This document shows, piece by piece, positions 60,250 to 64,000 of a stretch of 64,000 bases of DNA. A model generated the notes under the pieces. The model ran no database searches. It worked only from the letters and a program-made list of their open reading frames with translations, and was not told the DNA's origin. Within the stretch, counting starts at the first letter, position 1; the number at the start of each line of letters is the position of its first letter. Made by a program: the position numbers and the translations under genes. This DNA is from Anthoceros angustus (lineage: Eukaryota; Plantae; Anthocerotophyta): assembly GCA_010909165.1 (NCBI GenBank), contig VJWM01000044.1, positions 186,001-250,000 of the forward strand. Reading direction: 5' to 3'.

Positions 60250-63200
60250 CGTTGTTGTTGTCTTGGCAAACCATGTTTGACATCGACGCCGTGACAGCCC
60301 TCTTAAAGATCTTAAGTGTGGATTTTTGCCGATCAACGAGTTATCAAGGACATGTACGAGGCCAAGTCATCACACCTATTTGGCCCCGATATGAGAAAAT
60401 CCATGCTTGTGAGAAAGAGCTGCTGCTGTGGGCGAGTACGGGACGCAACCATTGCCCAAAGTGTGGGACGCGTTCAGGATGGGTTTGATGAACGGTGAGT
60501 CCTCGGAAGGTCCTCCGGCATTTTCCTTGAAACCGCGATCAAACGCATGTTTGAATGGCGGAAATAGCGCTTGATGACTTGGTATGTCGGGAGGCAAAGC
60601 GAGAATGGGGACATGTCCATGATGGCGGATACCCGGCATGGAGAGCACTAGATGCGCTTGATGGTTTCGGCGATGAGCCGAGGAACTTGAGGTTAGCATT
60701 ATCCATGACGGTTCAACCCGTTTGGTGTGTCCGCAAACACGTCCATATGGCGGTTTTGGTATTTGTGCACAACATGCCACCTTGGGCCAGACAAAGGACG
60801 CATGTCATCATGCCTCCGATTGTGCCGGGATGGTTAAAATTTCGATGTGTACATGGCACCGGTAGATGAACTCAAGAGTTATGGAGGGGTGGACATGGAA
60901 GATTTCTCAATGCCGGTAAACCATCCTAAGAGGCATTTCAAGTTACGCAGCTTCTCGCACATCATTGCCGACACCGGGTTGGGTACCCTCACCGGATTGC
61001 AAGTGAGAGGAAGCGGCGTGTGTCGATTGGTCGGACCTTGATTCTCGCTATTCCAGATTTGAAAAGCCCGCTTTATGTCGGATCGCTGGCTACCGCCAAT
61101 GACAAAGGGACGGTGGGAGGATGCGATTGGTTTGATGGATCGGACCGACCCAAACCAAAGCCGCCAACGCTCGATGATATTGTGACGGATATGGCACGCA
61201 GAGAAGCTGCGACACCTGCAGACGTCCGTCAGCGGGGCAACTTTGGAATCAGGAGAATGTCGTCCTTGTTCAGAGTCCTGCCATACTGGCGTCACATGCT
61301 TGTGTGGGCACCAAAGGATGTGATGCACGTGGAAAAAAACAATGCAGAGGCCATATGGCACACGCTGACGGGAGAGCGAGATGACATTGCATCGCGCATG
61401 GACATGGAAGCAAGCGGAGGGAACCGCGCACGTAACCGCTTGTCGCTGTCGGCGAGACGCCTTTATACCAAAGGTGAACAAAGCGGTGAAAGCGAAGAGA
61501 GCCGGCTAAGCGCCACACTTGTTGTCTTGGCAAACCATGTTTGACATCGTGACGTGACATTACCCTCTTAAAGATCTTAAGTGTGGATTTTTGCCGATCA
61601 ACGAGTTACTGAAGGACATGTACGAGGCCAAGTCATCACCTATTTGGCCCCGTGATATGAGAAAATCCATGCTTGTGAGAAAGACTGCGCGTGTGGGGTA
61701 CGGGACCGCAACCATTGCCCAAAGTGTGGGACGCGTTCGGATGGGTTTGATGAACGGGTCGAGTCCTCGGAAGGTCCGCATTTTCCTTGAAACCGCGATC
61801 AAACGCATGTTTGAATGGCGGAAATAGCATTGATGACTTGGTATGTCGGGAGGCAAAGCGAGAATGGGGACATGTCCATGATGGCGGATACATCATGGAG
61901 AGCACTAGATGCTTGATGGTTTCGGCGATGAGCCGAGGAACTTGAGGTTAGCATTATCCATGACGGTTCAACCTGCTGTGTCCAAACACGCCCATATGGC
62001 GGTTTTGGTATTTGTGCACAACATGCCACCCCAGACAAAGGACGCATGTCATCATGCCTCCGATTGTGCCAGGCCGGGATGGTTAAAATTTCGATGTGTA
62101 CATGGCACCGGTAGATGAACTCAAGAGTTATGGAGGGGTGGACATGGAAGATTTCTCAATGCCGGTAAACCATCCTAAGAGGCATTTCGTTACGCTTCTC
62201 GCACATCATTGCCGACACCGGGTTGGGTACCCTCACCGGATTGCAAGTGAGAGGAAGCGTGTCGATTGTCGGTGGACCTTGATTCTCGCTATTCCAGATT
62301 TGAAAAGCCCGCTTTATGTCGGATCGCGCTGGCTACCAATGACAAAGGGACGGTGGGAGGATGCGATTGGTTTGATGGATCGGACCTCCGACCCAAACCA
62401 AAGCCGCCAACGCTCGATGATATTGTGACGGCACGCAGAGAAGGCGACACCGCAGACGTCCGTCCGGGCAACTTTGGAACCGTGAGAATGTCGCCCTTGT
62501 AGTCTCGCCATCAAGGCCACATGCTTGTGTGGGCGCCAAAGGATGTGATGCACGTGGAAAAACAATGCAGAGGCCATATGGCACACGCCGACGGAGAGCG
62601 AGATGACATTGCGCGCATGGACATGGTAGCAAGCGGGGAAAAGATGGTTGTGGCTCAGGGTGACGATGGCCAATACCGCAGCGCCAGACGCTTTGTCCAA
62701 ATCGACTTGAAGACCGTGATTGAGGGCATTAAACGCATCAAGTCGCCACGGCTATGGGTCCAACATAGCTAAGGTGGAAAGCGGGAAAGTTGGCAGCCTG
62801 AAATGCCATGACTGGCACATTATGTTGGAAATCATATTCCCCATCGTCCTTCGGGGGTGCATAGAGCCAGAGGTGTACAAGGCGGTTGTAAAGCTAGGAC
62901 GCCTTTACCGGTGGATTTGCCAGCGGACGATACCGAGTCGGGACATCCAAGCACAGCGCGAAGAGGCAGTGAGGGTAATGTGCTCTCTGGAGAAGCAATT
63001 TCCCCCGAAGATGTTTGATATATCAACCCACCTCATATTACACTTAGTGGACGAGGTGGCCGCAGCCTGGTTCACACTAGGTGGATGTACCCGGTGGAGA
63101 GGTATTTAGGATCCGTGAAGCGGATAAAGGCGATGCGAGACCCGAGTCCAGATAGCGGTGGGGTACATGCGTGAGGAGAGTTTGCATTTCGGCATGACAT

Positions 63201-64000
63201 TTCTCCGCTATTACGCCACGTGGGAGAAGCATGGACCGCAGATGAACGTATGGGGAGAAGGTGCTGTCGGTGTGCGTACATTATGGATGCCGTGGAGGCA
63301 CGCCAGCATACACATATGTGTTGTATCACAGAGGTGCCGCGTTCTCTTGGACATGTACGAGGAAGAAGTTAGGACAAACGGTGCAGGATGGTCGACGGAC
63401 TTTCGGTGGATATATGGAAGAAGGGCTCGAACGCATGGGATGGGCATCCTTGCATGACCCATGAAGTGACCGCAATCATGGATGGGCTGCAGCGGTGGCA
63501 TATAGCCACATGTGGAACAAAGGCGCCCACCTCAAAGGAGGCGGACAAACGCCGCGAGTACAAAGGAGTGCGGTGAGCCAAGTTTCTCATGATCGAGGGC
63601 GGCGGCGACATTGAAGAGGAGCGCCTGCTCTACGGCACATAGAACAAATACTCCGCTGCAGCTTCTCGCATGATTTTAAGCCAATTTTGTTGAAGGTTAG
63701 ATGGTACGAGTGTCACCGTGAGGGACAAGGCCATCGATGCGAAAGTCACCGGATTTGACATTGTAAATACGGAGAAAGTTTGTGTGTGGTGCGCTCAATA
63801 GATGGTCCGCTTTGTCCGCCATCGCAGTGACGCAGCATGTTGCATCCGGAGACGGGGATGACAACATAGGTGGGCCATCGCTGCCCACACCGCCGAGGGA
63901 TGGAGGGACACGAGCGAGTGGAGAGCCATATAGCGCATGGCATGTGGCCTATGGACGCCGAGGATGGGGCAACCTCCCGGACCACTGACGAATGTAATGT
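60250..64000 (+). pseudogene. CACTA Tnp2-family transposase (Transposase_21/DUF4218 type), frameshifted, N-terminal ~1.26 kb duplicated
   Basis: CPKCG, PRNLRLAL, VDELK, DVMHVEKN, LKCHDWHIML, HLILHL..E and WMYPVERY. The duplicated unit is about 60150-61410 versus 61410-62620. Confidence 0.9.

Larger units (their letters stand above)
46312..64000. mobile_element. CACTA (En/Spm)-type transposon region running off the window, with extensive internal duplications
   Basis: TIR-like CCCTACTAGAAAA at 46312 followed by subterminal repeats; Tnp2 transposase from about 60 kb. That all of this belongs to one element is inferred. Confidence 0.55.

Noticed and set aside
1-64000. tRNA, rRNA or snRNA genes
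   Set aside because: No cloverleaf, T-loop or rRNA/snRNA signature was recognised by eye; tRNAscan-SE or Infernal would be needed to exclude them fully.

Overview
This is nuclear DNA from a non-seed land plant. Evidence: short spliceosomal introns, a MIR171 hairpin, and a CFAP97-type flagellar gene implying motile sperm; a hornwort or lycophyte is a guess. Intact spliced genes: VDAC (6 exons), PDAT (6 exons), a plastid-type SAM-dependent methyltransferase (8 exons), an intronless CFAP97-domain gene, GDP-L-galactose phosphorylase (7 exons) and a secreted BURP-domain protein carrying three Tyr-rich repeats. The BURP protein is the best candidate for a new system, a possible self-modifying burpitide (plant RiPP) precursor. 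Broken genes: a ricin-B-like lectin, and a GH9 endoglucanase split by a 1.9 kb insert holding a 5'-truncated RabC/Rab18 and the last exon of a GH9 paralog. Mobile DNA: a copia remnant, a chromovirus carrying a nested CACTA-like element and copia pieces, and two CRE-clade RLE retrotransposon copies. From 46.3 kb to the window end lies CACTA-type sequence with a Tnp2 transposase and many indel-rich internal duplications, which may be partly assembly noise. All calls come from reading the sequence by eye; no searches were run.
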